DNA of 64,000 nucleotides from Candidatus Latescibacterota bacterium (GCA_965200315.1 OZ241362.1:1536001-1600000); one strand, 5' to 3'; counted from the first letter of the stretch, positions 41,950-52,072 are shown. Numbers and translations: made by a program. Notes: generated from the sequence alone by a model not told the origin.

Positions 41950-43281
41950 TTGGTGGATGCTGCTTTGCGGCGCACCCACGTGCGCGCCATTTTTGACGCC
42001 GGGGTCGCGGCCGCCGATCCCGGCCGCTGCATCCACCAAACTCTCGCGGTCACAGGCGATGAGTTGCGCTGTGGCCCGCTCCGCTTCCCCCTCGATACCA
42101 TTTCTTGCCTGCGCCTAGTCGGCGCTGGCAAGGCCACTGCGGCCATGGCCGCAGCCACCGAAGCAATCCTCGGCGACCTCATTGAGTGCGGAGCCATCAA
42201 CACCAAGTACGGCCACGCGCTGCCGTTGACGCGGCTCGAGACCTTTGAAGCCGGGCATCCGGTCCCAGACGAAGCTGGCGTAGCTGGTGCGCTTCGCCAG
42301 CTCGAGCTGCTAGCAAACTTAGATCCCGATGCGCTGGTCCTCGGCCTCTTCTCCGGCGGCGGCTCGGCTCTGCTACCCGCCCCAGCCGAGGGCCTAGCCT
42401 TGGCGGAAAAGCAAGAAACCACCCGCCTTTTGCTCGCCTGCGGCGCGACCATCGACGAAATCAATGCCCTGCGCAAACACCTCTCGGCCATCAAGGGTGG
42501 GCTGCTCGCTCGGGTAGCGACACCGGCTCGCGTGGTCGCCCTCATGCTCTCGGACGTCATCGGCGATCCCCTCGACACCATTGCCTCCGGTCCAACCCAC
42601 CCAGACGCCACGACTTTTGGCGATTGCCTAGCGATCGTCGATCGCTACGACCTGCGCCACCAGCTCCCCGCTCCAGTCCGTCAGCACCTTGAAGCCGGTG
42701 CCCGAGGGGAGCGGCCGGAAACCCCCAAACCTAAAGACCCTTGTTTTGCCCGCGCCGACAGCTTGGTCATTGGCAACAGCCGCTTGGCCATCAACGCGGC
42801 CGCGCACAAAGCCAGCGCACTTGGCTACGAGGTGTGCGTCCTCACCAGCCGCTTACAAGGCGAGGCGCGCCAAGCCGCCGCCGCCTTGGCCTCCATCGCC
42901 CAAGAAACCGCCGAAGCGGACCATCCCATCGCTCGGCCCGCCTGTCTCATCGCCGGCGGCGAGACGACCGTGACCTTGCGCGGTGATGGCAAGGGCGGGC
43001 GCAACCAAGAATTGGCCTTAGCCGCAGCCTTACAACTCGACGGCTGGTCCGCCATCACCTTACTCTCCGGCGGCACCGACGGCACCGACGGCCCCACCGA
43101 CGCCGCCGGCGCTATAGCCGACGGCCAGACCTTGAGCCGTGCCCGCACCCAAGGTCTCGACGCCCGCGTCTTTCTCGACCGCCACGACTCCTATCCCTTC
43201 TTCGCGGCGTTGGACGACCTCGTCATCACGGGGCCTACGGGCACCAACGTCATGGATCTGCAAATCATCCTCATAGCCTGA
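41950..43281 (+). CDS. Glycerate kinase type 2 (MOFRL/TtuD family)
   Basis: GAGKA, HPVPD, SGGGSAL, IASGPT, GGETTV, GGRNQE, DGTDG and TGTNVMD motifs. Confidence 0.93.
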   Translation: MVDAALRRTHVRAIFDAGVAAADPGRCIHQTLAVTGDELRCGPLRFPLDTISCLRLVGAGKATAAMAAATEAILGDLIECGAINTKYGHALPLTRLETFEAGHPVPDEAGVAGALRQLELLANLDPDALVLGLFSGGGSALLPAPAEGLALAEKQETTRLLLACGATIDEINALRKHLSAIKGGLLARVATPARVVALMLSDVIGDPLDTIASGPTHPDATTFGDCLAIVDRYDLRHQLPAPVRQHLEAGARGERPETPKPKDPCFARADSLVIGNSRLAINAAAHKASALGYEVCVLTSRLQGEARQAAAALASIAQETAEADHPIARPACLIAGGETTVTLRGDGKGGRNQELALAAALQLDGWSAITLLSGGTDGTDGPTDAAGAIADGQTLSRARTQGLDARVFLDRHDSYPFFAALDDLVITGPTGTNVMDLQIILIA

Positions 43282-43360
43282 AAATCGGCCACCCTTGCAA
43301 GCGATGATGCAGTGAGCCGATTTGACACTCGGGCACCCTTCCGCTAGCTTTTTACGACCC

Positions 43361-44287
43361 ATGATCAAGAGTCTCCTTCCCCTTGCATTAGCCCTGCTGC
43401 TGACCGGGGCTGCACACGCTGCCTCGCGCTACGCCGGTGAGTTCCTCGGCTTGGGTGCAGGTGCCCGCTCTGCGGCCTTGGGCAGTGCCTATGTAGCCCT
43501 CGCCGACGACGCCACTGCGGGCTATTGGAATGCGGCTGGCCTATCCGCCCTCAGCGATCGCCAAGTTCACCTGACGCATTCCGAGCACTTCTCCGGCCTC
43601 ATCCAGCGCGATTTTGTCGCCATCGCCCGACCGGGCCGACTTTTGCACGGCATGGCCCTGAGCTTGGTGCGCATGGGCATCGACGACATCCACTTTACCG
43701 AGTTGCCAGATCCCCTCCAGTCCCCCAGCACCGACAATCGCCCTCACATCGCCTCGACCGAGCAAAGCGTGGATTACGCCCTGTATCTGTCGGGCAGTCG
43801 CCGGCTCGGTGCATACCTATCCCTCGGGCTAAGCGCCAAGGCCATTTACCGCCAAGTCGCCTCCATCAACGCCTACGGCTTCGGCCTTGACCTAGGCGTA
43901 CGCTATCAATTGAGCCACCAGATCGCGCTGGCGGCGAACATGCGCGACATTACCACCACGCCCATCGCCTGGAATACGGACAGCAGCGATCGCATCCAGC
44001 CTTCGCTGCTCTTGGGAATAGCGTACGCCATACCCATTGGCGGAGGCCAGACTACCGCCCTCCTATCCACCCGCTCCGGCGGCGACGCGGCGACCGCTGA
44101 CGTCCCGCTCAACGCCGGCCTAGAATACCGCCACCATTACATCACCCTGCGGGCCGGACTAGAGGAAGGCCGCCAAGCCTTTGGCCTAGGGCTTACCCCC
44201 CACCACAATCTCGACCTCGACCTCGCCTATTTGCAGCACGATGCGCTCGAAGCAACCTACCAGTTGTCCGCCAGCTTCCGCTTCTGA
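43361..44287 (+). CDS. PorV/PorQ-like (UPF0164-type) outer-membrane beta-barrel
   Basis: Signal peptide, FLGLGAGARSAALGSAYVALADDATAGYWNAAGL and C-terminal Phe. Confidence 0.8.
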   Translation: MIKSLLPLALALLLTGAAHAASRYAGEFLGLGAGARSAALGSAYVALADDATAGYWNAAGLSALSDRQVHLTHSEHFSGLIQRDFVAIARPGRLLHGMALSLVRMGIDDIHFTELPDPLQSPSTDNRPHIASTEQSVDYALYLSGSRRLGAYLSLGLSAKAIYRQVASINAYGFGLDLGVRYQLSHQIALAANMRDITTTPIAWNTDSSDRIQPSLLLGIAYAIPIGGGQTTALLSTRSGGDAATADVPLNAGLEYRHHYITLRAGLEEGRQAFGLGLTPHHNLDLDLAYLQHDALEATYQLSASFRF

Positions 44288-45167
44288 GCAACCCCGCGTC
44301 GGCTACGTAGCCCTAGCCGGTCGCCCCAACGCGGGTAAATCCACCCTTTTCAACGCCTTTTTGGGCCAACGGCTCTCCATCGTCACCGCCAAACCGCAGA
44401 CGACGCGCAGCCGCATCCTCGGTATCCTCACTCGTCCACAGAGCCAGATAATTTTCTTTGACACGCCGGGCCTGCTAGAGTCCTCCTACAAGCTGCACGA
44501 GGCCATGGCCCACCAGATCGACCAAGCCGTGCGCCAAGCCGACCTAGTCTTGCTGCTATTTGACGCCTCCCGTCCCAAAGACCGCAGCACACTAGTAAAG
44601 CACTTCTTAGCGCACACCCGGGCACCCGTCTTGGCTGCGCTCAACAAAATTGACCTAGTACAACCCACCCAGCTAGACGCGCTGCAAAAAGGCCTCGCGG
44701 ACGAGTTCGGCATCGCCAGTCCGACCCCAGTATCCGCCCTGCGCGGCGACGGTCTCGGCAAATTGCTGTCGCACTTAGAGGCCCAGCTACCCTGCGGCCC
44801 CAAGCTCTATCCAGACGATATGGTGGCCGAACAACCCGAGCGATTTTTTGCCGCCGAACACATCCGCGAGGTAGCTTTTGAGCACCTCGAAGACGAGCTA
44901 CCTTACGCCATCAACATCCACATCGAGGAATTCCGCCAGCGCCCAGGCCGCAAGACGTACATTCGCGCCATTATCTACGTCGGGCGCGAAAGCCAGAAGG
45001 GCATCGTCATCGGCCAGAAGGGCATGCGCCTGCGATCAATTGGACGCCAAGCACGCGCCGCCTTGGAGGAACTACTCGACGCGCCCGTCTATGTAGAGCT
45101 GTGGGTAAAAGTCCGCCCAGACTGGCGCAACAAAGAGCGCGATTTGCGGGAATTTGGGTATCGCTAG
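44241..45167 (+). CDS. era: GTPase Era
   Basis: GRPNAGKST, QTTR, DTPG, NKID, ELPY and the KH domain SQKGIVIG. The exact start is uncertain because it overlaps the upstream gene. Confidence 0.95.
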   Translation: MRSKQPTSCPPASASEQPRVGYVALAGRPNAGKSTLFNAFLGQRLSIVTAKPQTTRSRILGILTRPQSQIIFFDTPGLLESSYKLHEAMAHQIDQAVRQADLVLLLFDASRPKDRSTLVKHFLAHTRAPVLAALNKIDLVQPTQLDALQKGLADEFGIASPTPVSALRGDGLGKLLSHLEAQLPCGPKLYPDDMVAEQPERFFAAEHIREVAFEHLEDELPYAINIHIEEFRQRPGRKTYIRAIIYVGRESQKGIVIGQKGMRLRSIGRQARAALEELLDAPVYVELWVKVRPDWRNKERDLREFGYR

Positions 45168-45196
45168 GGACAAGACGCGGGGATTAGGCATGGCTC

Positions 45197-48100
45197 TCAG
45201 TCCAAGTCATTCGATCCATCTGTTATGTCTAATTCGCAGGTATCAACTAATTCATTGAGAATTGCATGCCCCCTTCCACGCTTCTCGAAAATGTTTGCCG
45301 CTTCTAAATGCGGCAATTTCTTCACAGTCTCCACCGTCTCCACGCTCACCGCGATTACCTTCTGAAGCAGCTTGACGATGTATTGCGGGTCGTCAGCGCG
45401 GTTCGGATCGTTGACAATGCCGCTGCGCTTGTCTGTCTTGACGGCGTATTGATCGACGACCCATTCCAACGCCGACCGATTACCCAGCCGATAGTCCAAC
45501 GCTTCCGGTGGAATCCCGGCAAGCGTCAAGAAATCGTTATATCTGATCTGCGTCTTGTCTTTGGACAGCTGCATCTTTTCGACGCGCCAGTCGAGCGGCA
45601 AGTCCGGGTTTTCGACAAACTCAAGCGGATGTTCCGGTACGTCGTCATAGCCGACGTGCATCTCGGCCAACCGCTTGCCCATTTTCACATAAGCCCAAAA
45701 ATCCGGCTCGTAGGGAATGCGTGGCAATTCTAACTTGAGATTGGCTCGATAGCACTCGCGGTATGCCGGGTGGTGCAACAGCGCGTACACATAGTGAAAG
45801 ATGTCCCATTTGCTAATGTTGTCGTCTTGGTAGTTCAAGCGAAAACGCGCCAGCACTATATCTGTTATATTCTCGCGGCGATTCGCGCCGTCTTCGCCGT
45901 ACGTATAGAAGGGGAAGCATTGAGAGCTATCAAGGGATGTTAGTGAAAGATTGGAGATTGTGTCCGTGCAAAAACACCAATAATCAGCGCGTCCTCCAGC
46001 TCCCGGAACAACTATCGTTTGATTTTCCGTCTCACTCTTAGGTGTGGGAAAAATAGCTGGAAATACTCCCACCCTATCGTTGATTGCGTTGTGAAAATAG
46101 AGATGAGATTTTGTAAAGGGTCGATAGAGTGAATGCCGTATTCTCTCCTCTGCAAACTCTGCGGTTTTTCCTCCTCTCAACTTATTTTTTAGTGTTGAAC
46201 TCCACTTAATTTTTGCGTTATCACACTCTACAAAATCATCGACTTTTTTCTTGCGCTCTGTCCGTTTCCATCTATCGACCTCTGCGTTATAAGTTCCAAT
46301 CATCCGCTGGATGTTCTCAGCGAGCGCGTCTCGGTCGAAATTGTACACCCAAGCGTCTCGACCTGTATTGACACCGCTACTATACGTCTGAAAAATCACC
46401 GCTTCCTTGCTCTCTCCCGCCTTCGCTTCTTTAGTACCCATAGGCAGAAACGCAGCAAATTCCCTGTTGTGCAGCCCCTCGGTAAGCCAAGAATGTCGCT
46501 CGTCCGGCACAATCTCCTTCCATTCTACATTCCCACAATGTCCCTTCTTGTCGAGATAGCTATACTTCTCTTCCTTGCGCCAGTCCCTATCGACACAAGA
46601 ATAGAAAATTTTCGCCGCTGTCTCCACGTCCCCTCGGCTCTTTACAAAAAAGTTAATACTCACTCCAACCTGAATCCCAAAGACATTGTGCGTCGTGCCA
46701 GAGAGCTTTGGATTCTTGCGAACATTCCCGCCCAAGTCGAGCACGTACATTGTGGAGAAATCGTCTACGAGATGCTTCCGCATCCCATCAAACGCTACCC
46801 CGTCGAGAAAACCATTATTCGTTACGAATGCAACAATCCCTTCCGCGCCGATTCGATCCGCAGCCCACCGAATCGCCTTTACGTACGGGTCTTGTAGCTG
46901 TCTCTTGAGCGTCGCCTGCGAGTCTTTCGCATAGGTATTCCTCACCCGTGTATCCATCGCATTGTACTTTCGATTCTTGTTGTTGTCATTCTCGTTGACC
47001 TGACCGACGTTGTACGGCGGATTGCCAATGACAACGAACATATCCGTTTCCTTTTGCTTCTCAACTCGCGCCGTATTCTCCGCCGTGAATAGGGCCATTT
47101 GCTCATCTTCTGCCAACTCAAACGTATCCACTAAGCATATCCCTTCAAACGGTTGATAATATCCCGTTGCCTCATAAGACTCATGTTCAATGTTCATAGA
47201 CGCTATGTAATACGGTAGAAGCATCACCTCATTGCAATGAAGTTCAGACGAGTACTTGTCTTCGAGTGCGGTCCGGCGAATTGCACACATCGTGCGGACG
47301 ATGAAATTGCCCGTGCCGACAAATGGGTCGATAATGTGAACGCCGGCGTCGGAAAGCGAGCGGTCAAACTCGGTCTTTAGAATGTGCTCAACGCTCTTTA
47401 CCATAAAATCGACAATCGGCTGCGGCGTATACACAATGCCATGCGTATCGGCCACTGCAACCGAGAAGCCCTGAAAAAATTGCTCGTACACGGTGTTGAG
47501 GAAGTGTTGTTTTTTCGAAAAGTCATTGATCGTTTCCGCCGTGCGCTCAATGGCACTATAGAAGCGATTGAGGCTTTCGAGAAAATCGCGCTTACTAAAC
47601 GACTGCGAAGTAAGTGCGTCGATGACTTTTTCGATTTCGTTGGCGATAACGTTGCGGCGAGTGAAATCGGGATTGCTAAAGACGGTTCGGAAAATGCGCT
47701 CGGTCAAAAGATGCTGAATGAGCATCTCCTCGACAGCGGCTTCCGAGAGATTGGGGTTGATCGAGGAGCGACACTTTTCGAGGAAGTCTGCAAAGACGGC
47801 GGTAAACCGGCCGTTGGTCCGTCGTTCCTGTTGAATTTTCGCTGCCAATCCACGCCCGATATCGGGCACCTTGTCTTTGAACTGCGCGACCGCCTCTTCC
47901 CATTCGGCGATCGCCTGCGGACGGTATAAAAAGAAGGCTTCGAGCGTTTCAACCAGTCGTTTTGGATCGGTTAGGTCCTCGTCTAAAATGCGCTCGCCAT
48001 TCTGCCAAAGAATCGCCCGTTTTGGCGTTTGGAATAGGATATTGTCGCTGGGATAACTTGCTGCAAACTTGCGCTGCACTTCGGTTGGCAGATCGTCGTG

Positions 48101-48367
48101 AATGTCCTTTGCTTCCCAATAGCCGTGCGTCAAGTTGAAAGCATCAATTAACGCTCCGTCGATGACGATCCTCCTATTGCGACCCAGAGAAATTGAATGC
48201 TCCGGTACGAGCGTCCACTGAACTTGCCGCCCACACGATTCGAGCAGCGACTGAAACGCCGAGCGCACGGCCCCTTCATGCGCCACCCCGAGCCGCTCAA
48301 ACTCCGCGAGCGACTTATAGTATGCTTTGACCGGCTGGTGTGTGGATTTGAGATTGAGCTTCGGCAT
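45197..48367 (-). CDS. Single-chain restriction-modification enzyme: PD-(D/E)xK nuclease + N6-adenine MTase + Type ISP-like C-terminal specificity domain
   Basis: IDG...WEAKD, GIVYTPQPIVDF, DPFVGTGNF, GNPPY, YRPF and GNRSALEWVVDQY. No helicase motifs. Visibly lower GC than flanks. Confidence 0.85.
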   Translation of the reverse strand: MPKLNLKSTHQPVKAYYKSLAEFERLGVAHEGAVRSAFQSLLESCGRQVQWTLVPEHSISLGRNRRIVIDGALIDAFNLTHGYWEAKDIHDDLPTEVQRKFAASYPSDNILFQTPKRAILWQNGERILDEDLTDPKRLVETLEAFFLYRPQAIAEWEEAVAQFKDKVPDIGRGLAAKIQQERRTNGRFTAVFADFLEKCRSSINPNLSEAAVEEMLIQHLLTERIFRTVFSNPDFTRRNVIANEIEKVIDALTSQSFSKRDFLESLNRFYSAIERTAETINDFSKKQHFLNTVYEQFFQGFSVAVADTHGIVYTPQPIVDFMVKSVEHILKTEFDRSLSDAGVHIIDPFVGTGNFIVRTMCAIRRTALEDKYSSELHCNEVMLLPYYIASMNIEHESYEATGYYQPFEGICLVDTFELAEDEQMALFTAENTARVEKQKETDMFVVIGNPPYNVGQVNENDNNKNRKYNAMDTRVRNTYAKDSQATLKRQLQDPYVKAIRWAADRIGAEGIVAFVTNNGFLDGVAFDGMRKHLVDDFSTMYVLDLGGNVRKNPKLSGTTHNVFGIQVGVSINFFVKSRGDVETAAKIFYSCVDRDWRKEEKYSYLDKKGHCGNVEWKEIVPDERHSWLTEGLHNREFAAFLPMGTKEAKAGESKEAVIFQTYSSGVNTGRDAWVYNFDRDALAENIQRMIGTYNAEVDRWKRTERKKKVDDFVECDNAKIKWSSTLKNKLRGGKTAEFAEERIRHSLYRPFTKSHLYFHNAINDRVGVFPAIFPTPKSETENQTIVVPGAGGRADYWCFCTDTISNLSLTSLDSSQCFPFYTYGEDGANRRENITDIVLARFRLNYQDDNISKWDIFHYVYALLHHPAYRECYRANLKLELPRIPYEPDFWAYVKMGKRLAEMHVGYDDVPEHPLEFVENPDLPLDWRVEKMQLSKDKTQIRYNDFLTLAGIPPEALDYRLGNRSALEWVVDQYAVKTDKRSGIVNDPNRADDPQYIVKLLQKVIAVSVETVETVKKLPHLEAANIFEKRGRGHAILNELVDTCELDITDGSNDLD

Positions 48368-48464
48368 GGTAGAGGCTCCATTCGGTGTTCGGTGCCTGCG
48401 GCAACCTATTGCTCACAATTAAAGTTGGTGTATGTTTTCTAACAATAGCAAAAAAGGAGTCCCC

Positions 48465-49772
48465 ATGAACGTCCTAGTCGTCGGCAAAGGAGGGCGCGAA
48501 CATGCCCTCGTGTGGAAACTGGCGCAGAGCCAGCGCATCGACAAACTCTACGCGGCCCCCGGCAACCCCGGCATGGCTACCCTCGCTGAATGCGTCGATA
48601 TTCGCGTCGATACTCCCGTGGCCGAGCGCGAAAAACTCGGCGGCGAAATCGAGCGTCTAGTCGCCTTTGCCCACGAGCAGCAAATCGAGCTGACCGTCGT
48701 CGGCCCAGACGACGCGCTAGCCGGCGGCATTGTCGATCGCTTCCGCGCCAGCGGCCTAACGATCTTCGGCCCCACGGAAGCTGCCGCCCGCATCGAGAGC
48801 AGCAAGGTCTTCGCCAAAGAACTGATGGAGCGCGTCGGCGTCCCCACCGCTCGGCACCAGAGCTTCACCGATAGCCAAGCCGCCAGTGCCTATATCCGCG
48901 AGCAGGGCCCCCCGATCGTGGTCAAGGCCAGCGGCCTAGCCGCCGGCAAGGGCGCGGTCGTCTGCCACAGCGTAGATCACGCCCTCGCAGCAGCGCACGA
49001 CATGCTCGACGAAGGCGTCTTAGGCGGGGCTGGCCAGCACATCGTCGTCGAGGAATACATGACCGGCGAGGAAGCCTCGATCTTTGCAATCTGCGACGGC
49101 GAGCATTTTATCACCCTGACGCCCGCTCAAGACCACAAGCCCATCTACGACAGCGACAAAGGCCCCAACACCGGCGGCATGGGGGCCTATGCGCCGGCCC
49201 CCGTGATGACGCCGGCCCTAGTGAGCCAAGCCGAGGAGCGCATCATTCGGCCCGTACTCGCCGAAATGCGCCGGCTGGGCACTCCGTACCAAGGAGTGCT
49301 TTACTGCGGGCTGATGTGTACCGACGCTGGCGTCAAGGTCGTAGAGTTCAACGCCCGCTTCGGCGATCCCGAATGCCAGATCCTCATGCCCCTGCTCAAA
49401 ACCGACCTCGTCGATGTGCTCACCGCCGCCTGCGATGGCCGCTTGGATCAGGTGCAAGTCGAATACGCGACCGGCGCGGCCGTCTGCGTGGTCATGGCTT
49501 CGGACGGCTATCCGCAAGCTTATGAGAAGGGCTTTGATATCCGCGGCTTGGAGGCGTTTGCCGACCGCAACGATGTCGTCGTCTTTCACGCCGGCACAGC
49601 CCAGCGCGATGGTCGCTTTATTACAGATGGCGGCCGGGTGCTCGGCGTGACGACCACGGGTAGCGATATTCAAGCTGCCGTCGTCAAAGCCTACTCAGCA
49701 GTAGATCAAATCGCCTTTGACAACGCCTACTGCCGCCGCGACATCGCCTATCGGGCGTTGGGTCGCGCCTGA
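48465..49772 (+). CDS. purD: Phosphoribosylamine--glycine ligase
   Basis: GGREHAL, APGNPG, GLAAGKG, QDHK, GPNTGGMGAY and EFNARFGDPE motifs. Confidence 0.97.
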   Translation: MNVLVVGKGGREHALVWKLAQSQRIDKLYAAPGNPGMATLAECVDIRVDTPVAEREKLGGEIERLVAFAHEQQIELTVVGPDDALAGGIVDRFRASGLTIFGPTEAAARIESSKVFAKELMERVGVPTARHQSFTDSQAASAYIREQGPPIVVKASGLAAGKGAVVCHSVDHALAAAHDMLDEGVLGGAGQHIVVEEYMTGEEASIFAICDGEHFITLTPAQDHKPIYDSDKGPNTGGMGAYAPAPVMTPALVSQAEERIIRPVLAEMRRLGTPYQGVLYCGLMCTDAGVKVVEFNARFGDPECQILMPLLKTDLVDVLTAACDGRLDQVQVEYATGAAVCVVMASDGYPQAYEKGFDIRGLEAFADRNDVVVFHAGTAQRDGRFITDGGRVLGVTTTGSDIQAAVVKAYSAVDQIAFDNAYCRRDIAYRALGRA

Positions 49773-49782
49773 AGCTCTTGCC

Positions 49783-50154
49783 ATGTCCAACGATGCACTC
49801 CGCCTGCGCAACATGCGCTTTTTTGCCTATCACGGGCTTTTCCCCGAAGAGACCGCACTCGGCCAGCACTACGAGGTCGATGTCGAACTCTACGGCGATT
49901 TTCGCCAAGCAGGGCGCAGCGACGACATCGACGCGGCGATCAACTATCCAGAGGTGTACGCGCTGGTGGCCGATGTAGTCACCGGCGAGCCCTGCAAATT
50001 GGTCGAAGCCCTCGCCGAGCGCATCGCCGAGAAGGTGGGCACCCACTGCGCCCCGGTCGAACTCATCGTCCGCGTGCGCAAACCCAACCCCCCGGTCGCC
50101 GCGCACTTTGACGGCGTCGAAGTCGAAATACGCCGGTCCTATAGCAGGGCGTAA
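49783..50154 (+). CDS. folB: Dihydroneopterin aldolase
   Basis: FFAYHG..PEE..LGQ, INY, LVEALAERIA and VRKP motifs. Confidence 0.94.
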   Translation: MSNDALRLRNMRFFAYHGLFPEETALGQHYEVDVELYGDFRQAGRSDDIDAAINYPEVYALVADVVTGEPCKLVEALAERIAEKVGTHCAPVELIVRVRKPNPPVAAHFDGVEVEIRRSYSRA

Positions 50155-50218
50155 TGATTTGAACGATTCGAGCTGTGGATCGTCTCGTGAATACGATTCT
50201 GCGTCTAGCTGCGGATCA
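50154..50218. repeat. Dispersed intergenic element, copy 2 (two 10-mer units shorter)
   Basis: Homologous to 324-408, located between folB and folK. Confidence 0.85.
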
Positions 50219-50244
50219 GCTTGTGAATGATGGAGGATTGCTAT

Positions 50245-50769
50245 ATGCCTGAGCGAGCCTATATAGCCATCGGCAGCAACCTCGGCGACCGCCGTGCGTA
50301 CCTCGAAGCCGGGCTCAGAGAAGTCGCCGCACTCTCCGGTACACGCCTCATAGCCGTCTCCCGCGCCTACGAAACCCGACCGCTGGGACCCGTCGAGCAA
50401 CCGGATTTCCTCAATGCCGTCTTCGCCATAGAAACCTCGCTCGCTCCCGAGCCACTGTTAGCCGCCCTGCTCGCCGCCGAAAAAAAGCACCAGCGGCAAC
50501 GCCGCATTCACTGGGGACCGCGCACCCTCGACCTCGACCTGTTGCTCTATGGAGAACGCGTCGTCGAAAGCGCAGAGCTGACTCTGCCGCATCCGCACAT
50601 GCACGAGCGCAGCTTTGTGCTGGTGCCTCTCTGCGAAATCTCCCCGCACCTTAGCCATCCAATAACCGGTCAGCCATTTGCTGCGTACCTCTCTGCACTC
50701 AACTGTCGCGAAGCCAAGGCCGTCGGCCCCCTCGCTCGCCCCGAAGAGATCCGTCTTGCAACGCATTGA
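50245..50769 (+). CDS. folK: 2-amino-4-hydroxy-6-hydroxymethyldihydropteridine diphosphokinase
   Basis: IGSNLGD, QPDFLN, WGPRTLDLD and LPHP..RSFVLVPL motifs. Confidence 0.96.
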   Translation: MPERAYIAIGSNLGDRRAYLEAGLREVAALSGTRLIAVSRAYETRPLGPVEQPDFLNAVFAIETSLAPEPLLAALLAAEKKHQRQRRIHWGPRTLDLDLLLYGERVVESAELTLPHPHMHERSFVLVPLCEISPHLSHPITGQPFAAYLSALNCREAKAVGPLARPEEIRLATH

Positions 50770-51601
50770 TTCCATCGTGGAAATGCAGGCTCAATCCGAC
50801 GCTTGGCGCGGCGCGGGCCTATGTGTCGGGCTGGTGCCGACGATGGGTTTTTTGCACGAGGGACATCTCAGCTTGGTCGATCACAGCCTCGAAGCCGCGG
50901 ACCGCACGGTCGTCAGCATCTTCGTCAACCCGCTGCAATTTGGGCCGCAAGAAGACTTCGCCATTTATCCGCGCGACATGGAGCGCGACCTCGACCTGCT
51001 GTCTCGCCGAGGAGTCGATGCGAGCTTCCATCCCGCAACAGCGGAATTCTATCCCGCCGACTTCTCGACCTCCGTCGAAGTCGAAGAACTAACTAAGGGT
51101 TTGTGCGGCCCCTTCCGGCCCGGGCATTTTCGCGGCGTCACCACCGTAGTGACCAAGCTATTCACTGCCGTCAAACCACACCTAGCCGTCTTCGGCCAGA
51201 AAGACTACCAGCAGGCGACCATAGTTCGTCGGCTAGTGCGCGATTTGAACTTGGATTTGCGCGTCGAGGTTGCTCCCACCGTGCGCGAAGCAGACGGCTT
51301 GGCCATGAGCTCGCGCAACGTCCTGCTCAGCGCAGAAGAGCGACAGCGTACATCAGCTCTCTACGAAGCGCTCACAATGGGCCGCGAACGGATCGAACAG
51401 GGCGAACGCGACGCCAGTCGGATCGTCGCCGAGATGCGGGCGCATATCGAGCGATCACTCGACGCGTCCATTGACTACATTTCCATCGTGCACCCGGACA
51501 CGCTCGAAGAAATGGCCCATATCACCGGCCCGGTCGTCATCGCCCTCGCCGTGCGCCTGTCCAACGTCCGGCTGATTGACAACATCGCGGCGACTCCCTA
51601 A
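50756..51601 (+). CDS. panC: Pantoate--beta-alanine ligase
   Basis: VPTMGFLHEGHLSL, FVNPLQF, RPGHFRGV, FGQKDYQQ, GLAMSSRN and RLIDN. TTG start inferred. Confidence 0.95.
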   Translation: MQRIDSIVEMQAQSDAWRGAGLCVGLVPTMGFLHEGHLSLVDHSLEAADRTVVSIFVNPLQFGPQEDFAIYPRDMERDLDLLSRRGVDASFHPATAEFYPADFSTSVEVEELTKGLCGPFRPGHFRGVTTVVTKLFTAVKPHLAVFGQKDYQQATIVRRLVRDLNLDLRVEVAPTVREADGLAMSSRNVLLSAEERQRTSALYEALTMGRERIEQGERDASRIVAEMRAHIERSLDASIDYISIVHPDTLEEMAHITGPVVIALAVRLSNVRLIDNIAATP

Positions 51602-51714
51602 GTATGGGGGTTTTCAAACTTCAAACTACCTTGGAATTTTGGAATTGGGAGCGCAGCCGTTATATTTTCAACGGACGGGATCGGCCCGCCCGCAAACTCG
51701 AAAGGAAGCCATAA

Positions 51715-52002
51715 ATGAACGAGTTTGAAACCAAAGTTCACCAACACGACATCACGTTAGCCCGCTTGGAAACGCTGATTGAGCAGAGCGACCGCCGCTT
51801 TGACACCCTTGAAGACAAAATTAACAACTCCGAGAAAAACACCACCGCCCGCATCAATAGCTCCGAACAAAATACAGCCGCCCGGTTTGACGTTGTTGAA
51901 CGAAAAATCGACAGCCCCGAGCGGCGCATGAATTGGTTTCTCGGCCTGTTGTTCACCAGTTGGCTATCGACTATCGGCGTGATTCTGTATAAGCTCCAGT
52001 AA
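51715..52002 (+). CDS. Small coiled-coil protein with 11-residue repeats and C-terminal membrane anchor
   Basis: AAAGGA RBS, the repeat INNSEKNTTAR/INSSEQNTAAR, hydrophobic C-terminus and lower GC. Confidence 0.75.
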   Translation: MNEFETKVHQHDITLARLETLIEQSDRRFDTLEDKINNSEKNTTARINSSEQNTAARFDVVERKIDSPERRMNWFLGLLFTSWLSTIGVILYKLQ

Positions 52003-52072
52003 CTGATAGCCATAATCTGAGTTGAATCGCCATCGTCGCCTATCAGACGATGGCGATTCTCATTTGTAGCCT

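Noticed and set aside
45168-48464. Target-site duplications or IS ends around the two R-M insertions
   Set aside because: I found no convincing direct or terminal inverted repeats by eye, and no transposase or integrase is present.
51672-51712. GCAAAC...GAAAG as a c-di-GMP-I riboswitch
   Set aside because: Too short; the P2 stem and the second hairpin are missing.
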